Assembly: GCF_046119375.1 (NCBI RefSeq)
Contig: NW_027362773.1
Span: 200,756,001 to 200,820,000 of the forward strand
From: Phyllobates terribilis
Taxonomy: Eukaryota
DNA: 64,000 nt
Direction of reading: 5' to 3'
Shown here piece by piece: positions 10,868-23,171 of the stretch (the first letter of the stretch is position 1; every line of letters begins with the position of its first letter). The notes beneath the pieces are model-generated. The model worked only from the letters and a program-made list of their open reading frames with translations, had not been told where the DNA came from and searched no databases. The position numbers and the translations under genes are program-made.

Positions 10868-11825
10868 GAGAGACAATTTAAATTAAAAAGCTTAGAGCTG
10901 CCTCCACCACAGGGGGGCTCGCTCGACCCACCAGCGGACAGGCACCAGTATTGGGAGAGGGGGGCTGGCCGTCAGGGTTCACCGCGGCTCTGGCACAAAC
11001 CCGGCGACACGGAGGTGGCACGGGCAGGAGCGGACTGGCCGTGTCAGCTTCTCACTTTTTGGATTTTAGAAGGGCATGACATGCCTATATCTGTGTCTCC
11101 CCCTCCTTTTACTCCTCCACCTCTTTTATTTTCGCATGACTATATGTACTTGTCACTTTTCCATGTGTTAGTTATGTCTTCTGAGCAGTTTGTCAGCTTT
11201 TGGACACCTTTGAAGGTGTTTTCTATGTGTTTCTATGTGTTTTTGTTTGCCTGCCATTGGTTTTAACGGTGTTCGAAGGTGTTCGACGAACAGTTCGACG
11301 AACAGTTCGGCGAACACACGGGTGTTCGACGAACCGAACCGAACTCGAACACTACGGGGGTGGCTCAACACTAGTCATTAACCCTCACCCCAAAATGGTC
11401 CTGAAAAAAATATGCTTTGACGGTACACTTCTAATTTTGTATTTTTAGGATTTGTATCTATCTCTTTTGGAAAATCTGGTTAATGTTTTAACTTTTATAT
11501 CTCTGTTAATGTCATTTCTAAATTGATGCCCTTGTCTAATGTTTGTTTAAAGTTGTATTTAAAGAGTAGACGGGGTCTACAAAATGGCTCCCAATATCAG
11601 TACTTCCTGAACCAGAGTGGTGGAATGTCTATTGGTGCAACCTCTTCTCTTTTTGTGCGCACAGTATCATCTATTCCTAATAGCCCCATAGGTTAGTATT
11701 TAAATATTTTCATGGTTATAAAGAACCACCCATGAGGAACCAAAATCATTAATATTTCCTTGTTAATTAGAGATGTTTCTGTTGATGGAAGAATCATTGA
11801 CACAAAATTGTACTACAAAAAACTG

Positions 11826-12629
11826 TGTAACTCGATGTCGGCATTCTTGAATGATTCCGTTCTCTCCTTCCAGCAGAGACGCAAACTACTCACCGCTCCG
11901 GCAGCAGCAGCGTCCTCATTCACTGCTGTGCTCCTTCCTGCTCTGGGTCTGTGTACACACCTGAAGTCTCCTGGTGGCGTGCCTAGTGTGTACGTGAGCT
12001 TTCTCCCTGGTTCTTATGGGGGCAGAATGCACACTTTGGAAATGCCCCCAACCAATAGTTGAGAGGCATTAAGTATTTAAGGCATGCTCTCCAGTTGGGA
12101 GGTGCCTGAGCAACATTTTCCATTCTTTAGTTTTGTGCAGCTAGTAAGTTGCCAGGTCCCTGTATCCCATACTGTGTATTGTGTGAACCTTGTCCTATAA
12201 CCCGGGTTGTTAAGCCCTGTATACTGAAGCCGCTTCGGTGATACCAATGCCCTGACACTGCTCCCAGAGGTACCCGTGCCCTGAAACTGCTTCCAGTGGT
12301 ACCTGGACCCTGACATCACTCCGGCAGTATGTGAACCCTGACACCACTCCCTGTAGTACCTGAGCCTAACACCATTCCTGCAGTACCTTGCCTGAAACCA
12401 TATCTGCGGTGTGTGATCCTTGACATCACTCCGGCGGTATTGGTGCGTAAAGCCGCAACTGCAGTATGTAAACCCTGACACCGCTCCAGCACTACCTGTG
12501 CCTGAAGCTGTACTTGCTTTATATGAACCCTGACACCGCTCCTGTGGTACTTGAGACTGACACCGCTCCTGCGGTAGCTGAAGCCTGATATCGATCTGAG
12601 CCTGAGCCTTAAGTCGCACTGGCGTTACC
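11826..12629 (+). mobile_element. Degenerate solo LTR related to the Gypsy at 21131
   Basis: TGTAAC...GTTAC ends. TATTTAAGGC...GGAGGTGCCTGAGCAA mirrors TATATAAGGC...GGAGGTGCCCGAGCAA of the intact LTR. Internal imperfect repeats of about 40 bp. No clean TSD. Confidence 0.55.
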
Positions 12630-14217
12630 TGAACCCTGTTTTTTGGCATGACTAATTGAAGGTTAAGACTTTTAAACCTACCGCTATGATTGTCCCTCAT
12701 TGTATTAAGTGAACTGTCATCGTATTTCATAATAAAAACTGAACTCATTATGAAACACATATCTTGATGTACTTTGAAAATCCAGAATGAATGTAGCATA
12801 ATCTTTTTTTTTTTAATGTCTCCTTCTCATTAATAAAATGCACATTTTATGAATCCAACAAAAGCTTCATCCTTGATCTGATCTCTTGTACTTATCAGGT
12901 TACAACTCTTAAATGGGTTGTCTCATCAAGATGACCTTTTCTAAATTAAAGCCAGCCTGGCATCTTGTTTCTGACATATTAGGCCAAAATGTAATCTCAC
13001 AGTGATCAATAAAACTAATGACTTTGTAGTAGGTGGCCACCATTTTTGACGACTACTTTTTATTCATAGATCTCTTCTCTACTAAAGAGAGGTCTATTTG
13101 GCCTTTGATCCTCCTTCAGACACTAGTGCTCAGTTGATACTACTAATTTTACATCCTATGACTATGCTCCTGAACCCATCTCCCTTTCATGATCTTTGAG
13201 AAAATCTCCAATTCCCGCAACTAACGAGGTTTGAAAGTCCTTTCTTTAGGTACCCCGCAGCTGCTGGGTAGCCTATCCCAATTTTATATTTGTCCTTGAG
13301 TGCACGAAAAAGGGATAAAGTAAAACAATAATAATTATTCAAATTTTTAATGCTTGTATGTTTGCTATTCCAAGGTCTGCAAGCTTAGGTCATTCCAAGT
13401 AGATCACTTTCTTATTTTGGTTGGCCATCTCAAAAAGGTCCTACAAACAAAGGGGTATTTGGAGGCATTTTCAGTTGGACTTATTATTCTAATTTTCATC
13501 GCCGCTCTTGTACAAAAACTTTGCTTAATTTCTGCTTTAAATTCCTTTGTTCCATTCTAAGAACTGCTAGGAGACATGGCCACCAGATGGCTAAGCCTTT
13601 AATTAGCGTTGACTTGTGCTTCGAAGCTTTATCTTGGTCTTTACATTTGCTATACTGATTGTTGGTTAGGCCTGCAGATATTAATTTTAAATCTAATGGC
13701 TATTTCTTCATCAAGCTGTTCACTAATATTTTCTAACCTCTCTGACTTTTTACAAATGTGAAAAGTCTAGAATACTGATGGACGAGCAGAAGGAAGGTTC
13801 CTGCTCAGTGATTCTGAAAAACCATTACCTCTTATGTATTTTCCAGACTATGCCGAGGAAAGCTAAATAATGCTGGGGAAATAATATGCAGAGTTCATTG
13901 GCAATTAAAAAATGGATGGAAATTAGGAACGTAAAGAACTCTATTCCAGGTGTCAAATACCTTAGCTGCTTTTATGAAACCACAATGAATATTTGTTAGA
14001 ACATTACATATTGTTTTGTTTGAGTTTTCCACTCTACGGCAACCTATTATGTAAAAAAATGTTTTTAAATATAAATTCTATTATTTTTCCATAAATCACA
14101 TTTTTAATAATTTTAAGCTCAAACTGAGAATAAAAATGCAAACTACTTTATGTTAGAACTTTAAAATTAACAACTTCAGAAACTGTGACAAAGCAACGAC
14201 ATATGAATAGTGATGAA

Positions 14218-14335
14218 TAGTGTTGAACATTCCGATACTGAAATATCGGGTATCGACCGATATTCGCGGTATCGGAGTTCCGATACTGAGTTCCGATACT
14301 TTTAGAATATCGAATACCGGAATCGGAAGTTCCCA
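14218..14335 (+). mobile_element. Left end of a non-autonomous hAT-type element
   Basis: TAGTGTTGAAC TIR-like start followed by clustered CCGATAC/GTATCGG subterminal motifs. No partner end found. Confidence 0.55.
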
Positions 14336-14750
14336 TAATGCCTGCGCTCTGCAGTGTCTCTGAAGGATGACAAGCTGGATGGCAGCGCTCAGCTTACTGT
14401 ACTTGTCATTTAGTGTTAAAGGATTTATTAAAAAAAATAATAGTGTTTTCATGCACCATCTCTTTAAAAAAGCCGGCCGGCAATTCAGCATTGGTGCCCG
14501 ACAATTTAGAATAGAAAGAATAGAGCATCACACATAGATTAGATACATAGAAACATGTCAGTCACATATATAAGAAGTACAGTGATAGTGTTGATTAGTG
14601 TACTTGTCATTTAGTGTTAAAATAAAGGATTTATTAAAAAAAAAATTGGCGTGGGCTTCCCCGTAATTATAGTCTCTAGCGGAGGTTATGCAGACCGCTG
14701 GGGCGGATGTTTGAAGCCTGGGAAGGGGGTAATACCCATGGAGCTTCCCA

Positions 14751-14894
14751 GGCTACTAATATCAGCCCCCAGCTGAGTACCTAGCCTTTACTAGCTATTA
14801 AAATGGGGGACCCCCAAAAAAATGACGTGGGGTCCCCCCTATTTTAATAGCTAGCAAAGGCTAGGCAGACAGCTGGGGGCTGATATTAATAGCC
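14751..14894. repeat. Hairpin with stem of about 60 bp (MITE internal)
   Basis: GGCTACTAATATCAGCCCCCAGCTG...GGGGACCCC is the reverse complement of GGGGTCCCC...CAGCTGGGGGCTGATATTAATAGCC. Confidence 0.8.
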
Positions 14895-15143
14895 CAGGAA
14901 GGGTGCCATGAATATTGGCCCCCTCCCAGGCTAGAAACACTAGCCGTCAGCAGCCCCAGAAATGGCGCATCCATAGGATGCGCCAATTCTAGCACTTAGC
15001 CTCGCTCTTCCCACTGCCCTGTATCGATGGCAGTGGGGTAATAGGGTTGGGGTTGATGTCAACTTATAATACCAGCTGACATCAAGCCCAGGTTAGTAAT
15101 GGAGAGGCGTCTATAAGACACCCCCATTACTAACCCAATAGTC

Positions 15144-16257
15144 AAAGTAAAAAAAAAAACACAAACACCCAGAATAAAGTCCTTTAATTGAAATAAACAC
15201 ACAATTCTTTAATGTTCTAAATTAAACCATACTTACCGTCACGCCCATTCCAGCTCAAGCCAACGATCTCCTGCAATAAACATAAAATAATAAAGCAACC
15301 TCATCCTTACCTTTCCATGGTTCCCACGACAGCTCCAGCTCTGCTACATTCACATGACAGGCTGGATCGCAGCCGAAAGCTGCCATCCAGCTTGCCATGC
15401 CACAGACACTGAGAAGCGCAGGCATGCTTGAGCTCCTCAGTGTCTCGCTGTGACGGCATCCAAATGAGCCGAGGTCATGTCCAATGAACTCAGCTCACCT
15501 CATGCACATCACTGACAGCGTGGGAAAATTCTCCTGTGCATGCAGTGAGCGTGAGAGAACTCTCCTGCTGAAGCGCTGAGCGCAGTTGAATTTTCCCACG
15601 CTGTCAGTGACATGCATGAGGTGAGCTCATGTCCAATGAACTCAGCTCACCTCATGCACGTCACTGACAGCGTGGGAGAATTCTCCTGTGCTCAGCGCTT
15701 GAGCAGGAGAATTCTCCCACACTGGGATGGCATTGAGATGACAGGCTGGATCACAGCTGAGCGCTGCCATCCCGCTTGTCATCCTTCAGAGAAACTGTTG
15801 CCATCCAGCCTGTCATCTTAATGCCATCCCAGCGTGGGAGAATTCTCCTACTGAAGCGCTGAGCGCAGGAGAATTTTCCCACGCTGTCAGTGACGTGCAT
15901 GAGGTGAGCCGAGTTCATTGGACATGACCTTGGCTCATCTGGATGCCGTCACAGCCAGACACTGAGGAGCGCAAGCATTCCTGCGCTTCTCAGTGTCTGC
16001 GGCATGGCAAGCTGGATGGCAGCTTTCGACTGCGATCCAGCCTGTCATGTCAATGTAGCTGAGCTGAAGCTGTCATGGGAACCATGGAAAGGTAAGGATG
16101 AGGTTGCTTTATTATTTTTCTTTTATTGCAGGAGATCATTGGCTTCAGCTGGAATGGGCGTGATGGTAAGTATGGTTTAATTTAGAACATTAAAAAATTG
16201 TGTGTTTATTTCAATTAAAGGACTTTATTCTGGGTGTTGTGTTTTTTTAAATACTTT
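15144..16257. repeat. About 1.1-kb fold-back palindrome with nested internal palindromes
   Basis: 15144-15530 is the reverse complement of about 15850-16257 with few mismatches. The inner arms continue to a loop of about 50 nt near 15750-15800. The block starting CATGTCCAATGAACTCAGCTC is duplicated (15477, 15628). Confidence 0.9.
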
Positions 16258-17394
16258 ACTAGAAATTCATGGCGGTCATGTCTGATTTTGGCGTGACCCC
16301 ATGAATTTCGGGCTTAGGGCCAGCTGATAATGCCAAGCTGACCCTAACCCCTTTATTACCCAGTGAGCCACCGCACCAGGGCCCTGGATGAGTTGGGTAC
16401 AGCGCCAGAAGATGGCGCTTCTATGAACGCGCCATTTTCTGGGGGGGCTGCGGACTGCAATTTGCAGCGGGGAGGGCCCAGAAAGCTTGGTCCTCCCTGC
16501 ACTGCGGATTCCAGCCCCCAGTTGCCTAGTTGTACCTGGCTGGACACAAAAATAGGGCGAAGCCCCACATTTTTTTTTTTTAATTATTTCATGAAATTCA
16601 TGAAATAATAATAAAAGGGGCTTCCCTATATTGTTGTGTCCGGCCAGGTACAAATAGGCAGCTGGTGGTTGGGGGCAGCCCGTTCCTGCCTGCTGTACCT
16701 GGCTGGACACCTAGCCTCATACTTACTGTCTAGTGATGAACGAGCATGCTAGCTACTGCTCAATGCTTGCCTGAGCATCTCACTACTCGAGATGCTCGGC
16801 GTTCGCTGAGTATTTCCCGGGTTGCTCGGCGGGAGCTCGGGTCTTCTTCCTGCATGTTTGATGCACTTTAGAGCACCAATCAACATGCAGGGATTGTCTG
16901 CCACACACTGTAATGCAGCAGCCATGCTGATTGTGGCATTACCGTGATTGGGTGACCGCACAGCATCATCAGGTCTATATCAGATCTGGCGCTGCAATGT
17001 TCATCACAGTCTAATCCGCAATCAGGTAGTGTAGGGAGAGCTGCTGCTGAGCTAGGGAGAGATTTGCTTGTTTATTAGTTTTGAGTAGGTATTCTACAAG
17101 ATTCTCTACATATCCATCTCAACTAACAGTCCTTCTGAAGACTAATACAGCTGCAGAGATATCAGTGCTAGCCAGGCAGGCAGGGTATATAGCAAACAGC
17201 AGTGCATACAGCAAGAGGGTCCATTCCAGTTCTGTCTGCTGGTGCTTTTACAGATATTTGTAGAAATAGCCCCAGGTATCAGGGGCCAAGAATATTTTTT
17301 TTTGGATCTTAATCCTGATTATTTGCGTAAAAAGCAATCCAGAGAACACCATTTTTCTGTGCCAGCTCCTTTCCATATTACAGCGCTAAAAATC

Positions 17395-18050
17395 GAGCTG
17401 TTTAAAACTGTGGTTTGTCCGTCACACGGATCACATATAATTGAGTTGAAAATTCTGCCATTTCTGGCCTCCATTGAAATTATGTTGCAGTGTGTCAGCG
17501 AACTTATTGACATGAGGTCGGCACTGTTACAAATAATTTCCTTCTGGCCAGCTATTTAAAACTGTGGTTTGTCCGTCACATGAATCACATATAATTGCGC
17601 TGAAAATATTCCAATTTCTGGCCTCCATTGAAATTTTGTTGCAGTGTGTCAGCGAACTTATTGACACGAGGTCGGAGCTGTTAAAAATAGTTACCTACAG
17701 GCCAGCTATTTAAAACTGTGCTTAGTTCATCACACAGATCACATATAATTGCGCTGAAAATTGTGCCATTTCTGGCCTCCATTAAAATTTTGTTTCAGTG
17801 AACTTATTGACCTTAGGTCGGTGCTGTTAAAAATAGTTACCTACAGCCCAGCTATTTAAAACTGTGCTTTGTCCGCAACACGGATCACATATAATTGCGC
17901 TGAAAATTCTGCCATTTCTGGCCTTCATTGAAATTTTGTTGCAGTGTGTCAGCAAAGTTACTGACACCAGTTTGCTGTTAAAAATAGTTACCTACAGGCA
18001 AGCTATTTAAAACTGTGGTTTGTCCGTCACACGGATCACATATAAGTTCG
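17395..18050 (+). repeat. About 154-bp tandem array (about 4.3 units) upstream of the hAT-B transposase
   Basis: AAAACTGTG recurs at 17404, 17558, 17712, 17858 and 18009. Confidence 0.85.
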
Positions 18051-21000
18051 CTCCAAATTCAGCCATTTGTAGTGAGCATGGAAGATATTGTCCTCCATTT
18101 TAAATGGGCAAGGCGCGTGGCAAGGGTCGGGGAACTGGACATTATGGTGATGGTGATGCTGCATACAGAGGCCGGGGCCGTGGTCGAGTTGAAATTGTGC
18201 CACAACAAACACCCACATCTTCTCGCTCAACTTCCTATCACAATTAAAAGGGGACCGCAGAACACCACTATTGAACACAGAGCAGTGTGAAAAGGTTATT
18301 GACTGGATGGCAGATAATGCTTCCAGTCACTTAACCACCACCACCCTGTCTTCCACATGGTCAAGTCTCAGTAGCCGTGAGTCTGGATCGCATATTCCTC
18401 ACCCTGATCCTCCTTCCACCCACCATGCTGAGTGCTCGGAGACAACTGATCCCACACTTGGACACGTCGAAGAGCTGTTCACTTTTCCATTTATATATTT
18501 GGGCCTCTCGCCTGGTCCACTTGAATCAGGGCAAGAGGAGATCGCATGTAACGATGACCAAATATTTGAGCAGCCATGGTCATATGAAGGCGACGGAGGG
18601 AAAGTGTCACAAGAGGTGGACGATGATGAGACACAATTTCCAGAAAGTCAGGAGGAGGACCAGGGTGCGAAAGTGGAAGATGAGGTGGTGGATTATATAG
18701 TAACTGACCCAAGTGGCAGGAGGACATGCAGATTCAGGACAGCAGCACACAGTGGGAGGAATGCAAAGCACCCCAACTGGCAGGAAGAAGCAGTGTGGTG
18801 GCCACAGACAGAAGCCAGGCAATCGTTCCCCGTAACACCAACACGACAGAAGTTGCCAGTACAACTGTTAGGTCTTCCCGAGTCTAGTTGTATTTTAAAG
18901 ACTCTGCCAATTACACCTAAAAGGTGATTTGCACCACCTGCCAGGACAGCATCAGCAGGGGTGGCAAAACGACGAGCCTGACCACCACCAGCATGATCAG
19001 GCAAATGGCAGCAAAGCACCCGAATTTGTGGGCCGAACCCCAGGGTCCAGGTACAGTGTCTGCGGGTGACACCACTGCTTCTTCCGTTTTTGTGCGTGCA
19101 AGCCAATCCCCTGTCCATAGTGCATGTGAAGATGCCTCCTGCCCTGCACCTGTCATTGCACCCTCTCAACTAGTACCATCAGCAAGCACGTCCTTGTCCC
19201 AGCATAGCATTCAGATGTCCACACCCTTGTTCTTAGAACACAAACGCAAATATGCAGCCAACGCCCCACAGGCCACATTACTAAATTCCCACATTTCGTT
19301 ACTGCTTGCACTTTAAATGTTGCCTTTTAGGCTCATGGAGACGGAAGCTTTCTGCAACCTGATGGCGGCAGCTGTCCCTCGGTACTCAGTCCCCAGCTGC
19401 CACTATTTCTCCCGGTGTGCCGTCCCCTCATTACCATGTCCTTAACAATGCAGTTACTGGGAAAGTCCACCTAACCACGGACACATGAAAAAGTGCTTGT
19501 GGGCAGGGATGGTACATTTTGCTGACGGCATACTGGGTTAACATAGTGTAAGTTGGAACCTAGTCGGACCTTGGGACATAAGACATCATCCCGACGCCGA
19601 GGATTTTGGGCCCTATGTCAATCAGGGTTGCCCCCACAGTCTACAGCTCCTGCACCTCATCCTCCTCAGCCTACTCCTCCTCTTCAACCTCATCTCTGAA
19701 ATGACCACATCAGTCACAAGCTGGAAGCACTGCATCACTACCTCAGCCAAGCAGCAACAGGCTGTGCTGAAGCTAATATGCTTAGGTGACAAACGGCACA
19801 ATGCTGAAGAGTTGTAGACAGGTCTGAAAGAGCAGGCAGATCTGTGGCTGACACCGTTAAACCTACAGCCAGGCATGATCGTGTGTGACAATGGCCAGAA
19901 CCTTGTGGCGGCTCTGAGGCAAGGCGAGCTCACACACGTACCATGCCTGGCCCATGTACTTAACCTCATGGTTCAGCGGTTTCTCAAAACCTACCCGGAG
20001 CTGCCAGATTTTCTTGTCAAAGTAGGCCTCATTTGTGCCCATTTTAGAAAGTCAGCTACAGCTTCCGCCGCCCTTGCCGTGCTCCAGCAGCGTTTGCTGC
20101 TTCCAGCTCACCGATTTGTGTGTGATGTCCCCACGCATTGGAACTCTACACTGCAGATGTTGGGAAGGATTTGTGAGCAGAAGAGGGCAGTTGTTGAGTA
20201 CCAGCATCAACGAGGCCGTCGTTATTCAGTTCAGACTCCACACATAAGACTTCAGGAGTGGACATTGATTTCAGACATATGGACCATCCTCCAAAACTTT
20301 GAGGACTCCACCAAGATGGTGAGCGGCGATGACACCATAATTAGCGTCACCATACCGTTTTCTGTCTTCTGAAACGCTCTCTGCTCACAATCAAACATAA
20401 TGCATTGCAGGCGGAGCATGATGAGATGGAGAAAGGAACCATACAGAGTGATTACACACAGCCCAGCCTCTTCTCATCCCAACATGGATTGGGTGACAAT
20501 GAGGAAGAGGAGGAGGAAGAACAGGAGCTAGTATCATGCGCTATAGATGGTACTACCTTCACAACTATCATACCGTCTGTTCAGCATGGATGGCCTGAGG
20601 ATAGGGAGTAGGAGGTGAAGGAGTAGGAGAGCATGGTCAGTCGTCCTCTTGGTGAGGACACGGAAGTCTTGCCTGTTAGCTGTCAGGTACACATGAATTG
20701 GACAATTTATGCACTAAGATTTCTCATTTATTTCTATTTTTTACAGCAGTAATGCTATCCATATTTCATACTTCATATTTACATGCGCTAAAAAAAATTT
20801 CATTTATTTCTATTTTCTACAGCATAATGCTATTCATATTTCATACTTCATATTTACATACTTTGCGTTGCAGAGTGCTACTTTATTTGTTAATTGTATA
20901 TGAAGGTAGCTTCTCCTAGTAAGCACCTGTTCACACCTATTTCTTGCATTGGAAGTGCCGTCAGTTTTTTCTGTTTCTTGCTTGTTAGTAGTCTGGCACG

Positions 21001-21130
21001 TATGGCTGAGTTTATGTTACGCTGCTTTTCCCGTGACCCAGGCGGTCTCAAAATTTTGGGTGACAGTCATTACTGGTTTGTGACACTTCTAGACCTACGC
21101 TACAAGGAGAACTTTCTATCTCATATTCCT

Positions 21131-22207
21131 TGTAGCGCCGGCGTCCCTGCCCTCTGCTAGGCAGGGACGCTGTTCCCCTCACCTCTCTGCTCCGTGCCCG
21201 GCGTCCTCCTCCCGCTCTGCTGGCAGCGCGCGCTCCTTCCCGGCCACTGTGCTTAGGGCGCGCGCGCTCTCCCTCCCTCTTAAAGGGGCCGCGCGCGCCG
21301 TCCTAAGGAGTCCCCGGCCAATGGCCGGAGGACTTCACCATATATAAGGCACCTCCTCCAAAATGGAGGTGCCCGAGCAATGTTGTTGCACTGTTCACTA
21401 CTCTGCTTCAGCCCTCAGGTCCCGTTGCCAGTTACCTGTCAGATACCTGCCAGATTCCTGCCAGCTTGCTGTCTTATTCCTGCCTGATTATCTGCTACCT
21501 GCCTGCTAGTCTGAGGTCCGACGGTCTGCCTTACTACTCCTGTCAGTCTGTCTAAGGACCAGCCTGTCCGCTCAACTGGGAGCGCACTTCAGCCACCTGC
21601 CTGCTTGCCTGAGGTCCGACGGTCTGCCTTCCAACTCCTGTCAGTCTGTCTATGGACCAGCTTGCCTGCTCACCTGGGAGCACACATCTGCTACCTGCCT
21701 GCTAGCCTACCTGGAGGCTCCGCCGTCACGTGCTGTGACCACCTGCCTGTCCAGTGACTCCTGCCCGCTCACCTGGGAGCGCTCATCTGCTGCCTGTCTG
21801 CTAGCCTACCTGGAGGCTCTGCTGTCACGTGCTGTGACCACCCGCCTGTCCAGAGACTTCTGCCCGCTCACCTGGGAGCGCTCATCTGCCGCCTGTCTGT
21901 TGGTCTTCCTGGAGGCTCCGCCGTCACATGCTGTGACCACCCGTTCATCCAGAGACTGCCCCGGTCACTTGCCGTGACCATCTGCCCATTCATTCAGAGA
22001 CTGCCCCGGTCACTTGCCGTGACCATCTGCCCGTTCATCCAGAGACTGCCCCGGTCACTTGCCGTGACCTCCAGCCCGTTCACTCAGAGACTGTCCCGGT
22101 CACCTGCTGTGACTTCCTGCCCGTCTTCCCTGGTCGCCACCCGCTCCCTTACAAGGACCGCCCCCTTGTATAGTAGCTCAGAGGTTCCGCCTCCCAGACC
22201 CGTTACA
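21131..22207 (+). repeat. 5' LTR (1077 bp)
   Basis: TGTAGCGCC...CCCGTTACA. About 7 substitutions versus the 3' LTR (by eye) and one fewer 45-bp unit. Confidence 0.95.
21317..21380 (+). promoter_or_regulatory. LTR promoter: CCAAT box, TATA box (21341) and predicted TSS near 21371
   Basis: GGCCAATGG, then TATATAA at 21341-21347, a GGCACCTCC/GGAGGTGCC inverted repeat, and GCCCGAGCAA 30 nt after the TATA start. Confidence 0.65.
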
Positions 22208-22209
22208 GT

Positions 22210-22219
22210 TTGCTCGGGC
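22210..22219 (+). promoter_or_regulatory. Self-priming-type primer binding site
   Basis: TTGCTCGGGC starts 3 nt after the LTR end and is the exact reverse complement of LTR 21371-21380. The TGG-type tRNA PBS is absent. Confidence 0.75.
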
Positions 22220-22220
22220 C

Positions 22221-23171
22221 ATGGAACCCGGTGGCACCCAAGCTCCCTCGCTCTCGGGCCTGTGTCATGAACTGTCCCGTCAAATGTCCCAACAGGAGTC
22301 CATCCTGGGTCACCTGCGGAATGTCAATACTCGACTGGACACTCTGACTGCTCCACCAGCAACCTCCGCCAGTGCCATGTCTCGCAATCCGGCAGCTCCG
22401 CTGCCCACTAATACCATGGTATCCTACCCCGGACCCCGGCTTTCTGCACCTCCTCGCTTCGGAGGCGACTCCGCCCAGGCTCGGGGCTTCATAAATCAGT
22501 GCACCCTGCACTTTGAACTATTGTCCCACCAGTTTAACTCCGACCGAGCCAAAATTGCATTCATCATGTCCCATCTCACCGGGGAGGCCCTGGCCTGGCT
22601 AAATCCTCTATGGGAGAGAGGAGACCCCCTGGTGTCCAACTTGCCTGCTTTTCTCACGGCTTTCCGGAAAGTCTTCGACGAACCCGGACGGAAGACCTCA
22701 TCCGCATCATCACTGCTACGCCTCCGTCAGGGAAGTCTCACCGTGGGCCAATATGCCATACGGTTCCGTACCCTTGCCTCGGAGCTGGCCTGGGATAACG
22801 ACGCTCTGGTATCCGTCTTCTGGGAGGGTCTGTCCGGCCGTATTAAAGATGAACTTGCCGGTCGGGACATCCCTACCACTCTCGATGACCTAATAACTCT
22901 TGCCACCCGGATTGACCTACGGTTCCAGGAGCGTGCCAAAGAGGTCACCCGTGAGAGGAGGTTACCACGTCTAGCTCCTACTTTTCAGAAACCCGTCACT
23001 CCCTCCGTCTCTACCCAGGTACACTCTCCTGAGCCTATGCAGGTCGACCAGACCAAGATGGTCAAAACCCGTCAGGACTTACGCAGTGCCGAGGGGAGCT
23101 GCTTCTACTGTGGCAGTAAGGAGCACCGGATCCGTACCTGCCCGGAGAGGTCGGGAAACGCCTGTGTCTAG
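22221..23171 (+). CDS. gag: Gag (316 aa; retrotransposon capsid plus CCHC knuckle; PEG10/RTL1-like)
   Basis: PPRFGGD...RGFINQC, HLTGEALAW, LRQGSLTVGQY, EPMQVD, CFYCGSKEHRIRTC. Confidence 0.92.
   Translation: MEPGGTQAPSLSGLCHELSRQMSQQESILGHLRNVNTRLDTLTAPPATSASAMSRNPAAPLPTNTMVSYPGPRLSAPPRFGGDSAQARGFINQCTLHFELLSHQFNSDRAKIAFIMSHLTGEALAWLNPLWERGDPLVSNLPAFLTAFRKVFDEPGRKTSSASSLLRLRQGSLTVGQYAIRFRTLASELAWDNDALVSVFWEGLSGRIKDELAGRDIPTTLDDLITLATRIDLRFQERAKEVTRERRLPRLAPTFQKPVTPSVSTQVHSPEPMQVDQTKMVKTRQDLRSAEGSCFYCGSKEHRIRTCPERSGNACV

Larger units (their letters stand above)
661..11373 (+). mobile_element. hAT DNA transposon family A, copy 1 (full length, putatively autonomous, composite)
   Basis: Left end TAGAGATGAGC at 661; right end GCTCAACACTA ending at 11373 (imperfect TIR). 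Perfect 8-bp TSD GTCATTAA at 653-660 and 11374-11381. Clusters of GTTCG/CGAAC subterminal motifs at both ends. Internal hAT transposase ORF. Confidence 0.95.

Noticed and set aside
12077-12799. 240-aa minus-strand ORF
   Set aside because: Antisense to a repeat-rich solo LTR; low-complexity peptide with no recognisable domain.
13350-13770. Purine-rich minus-strand coding-like stretch
   Set aside because: Open segments are short, fall in different frames and have no recognisable homology.
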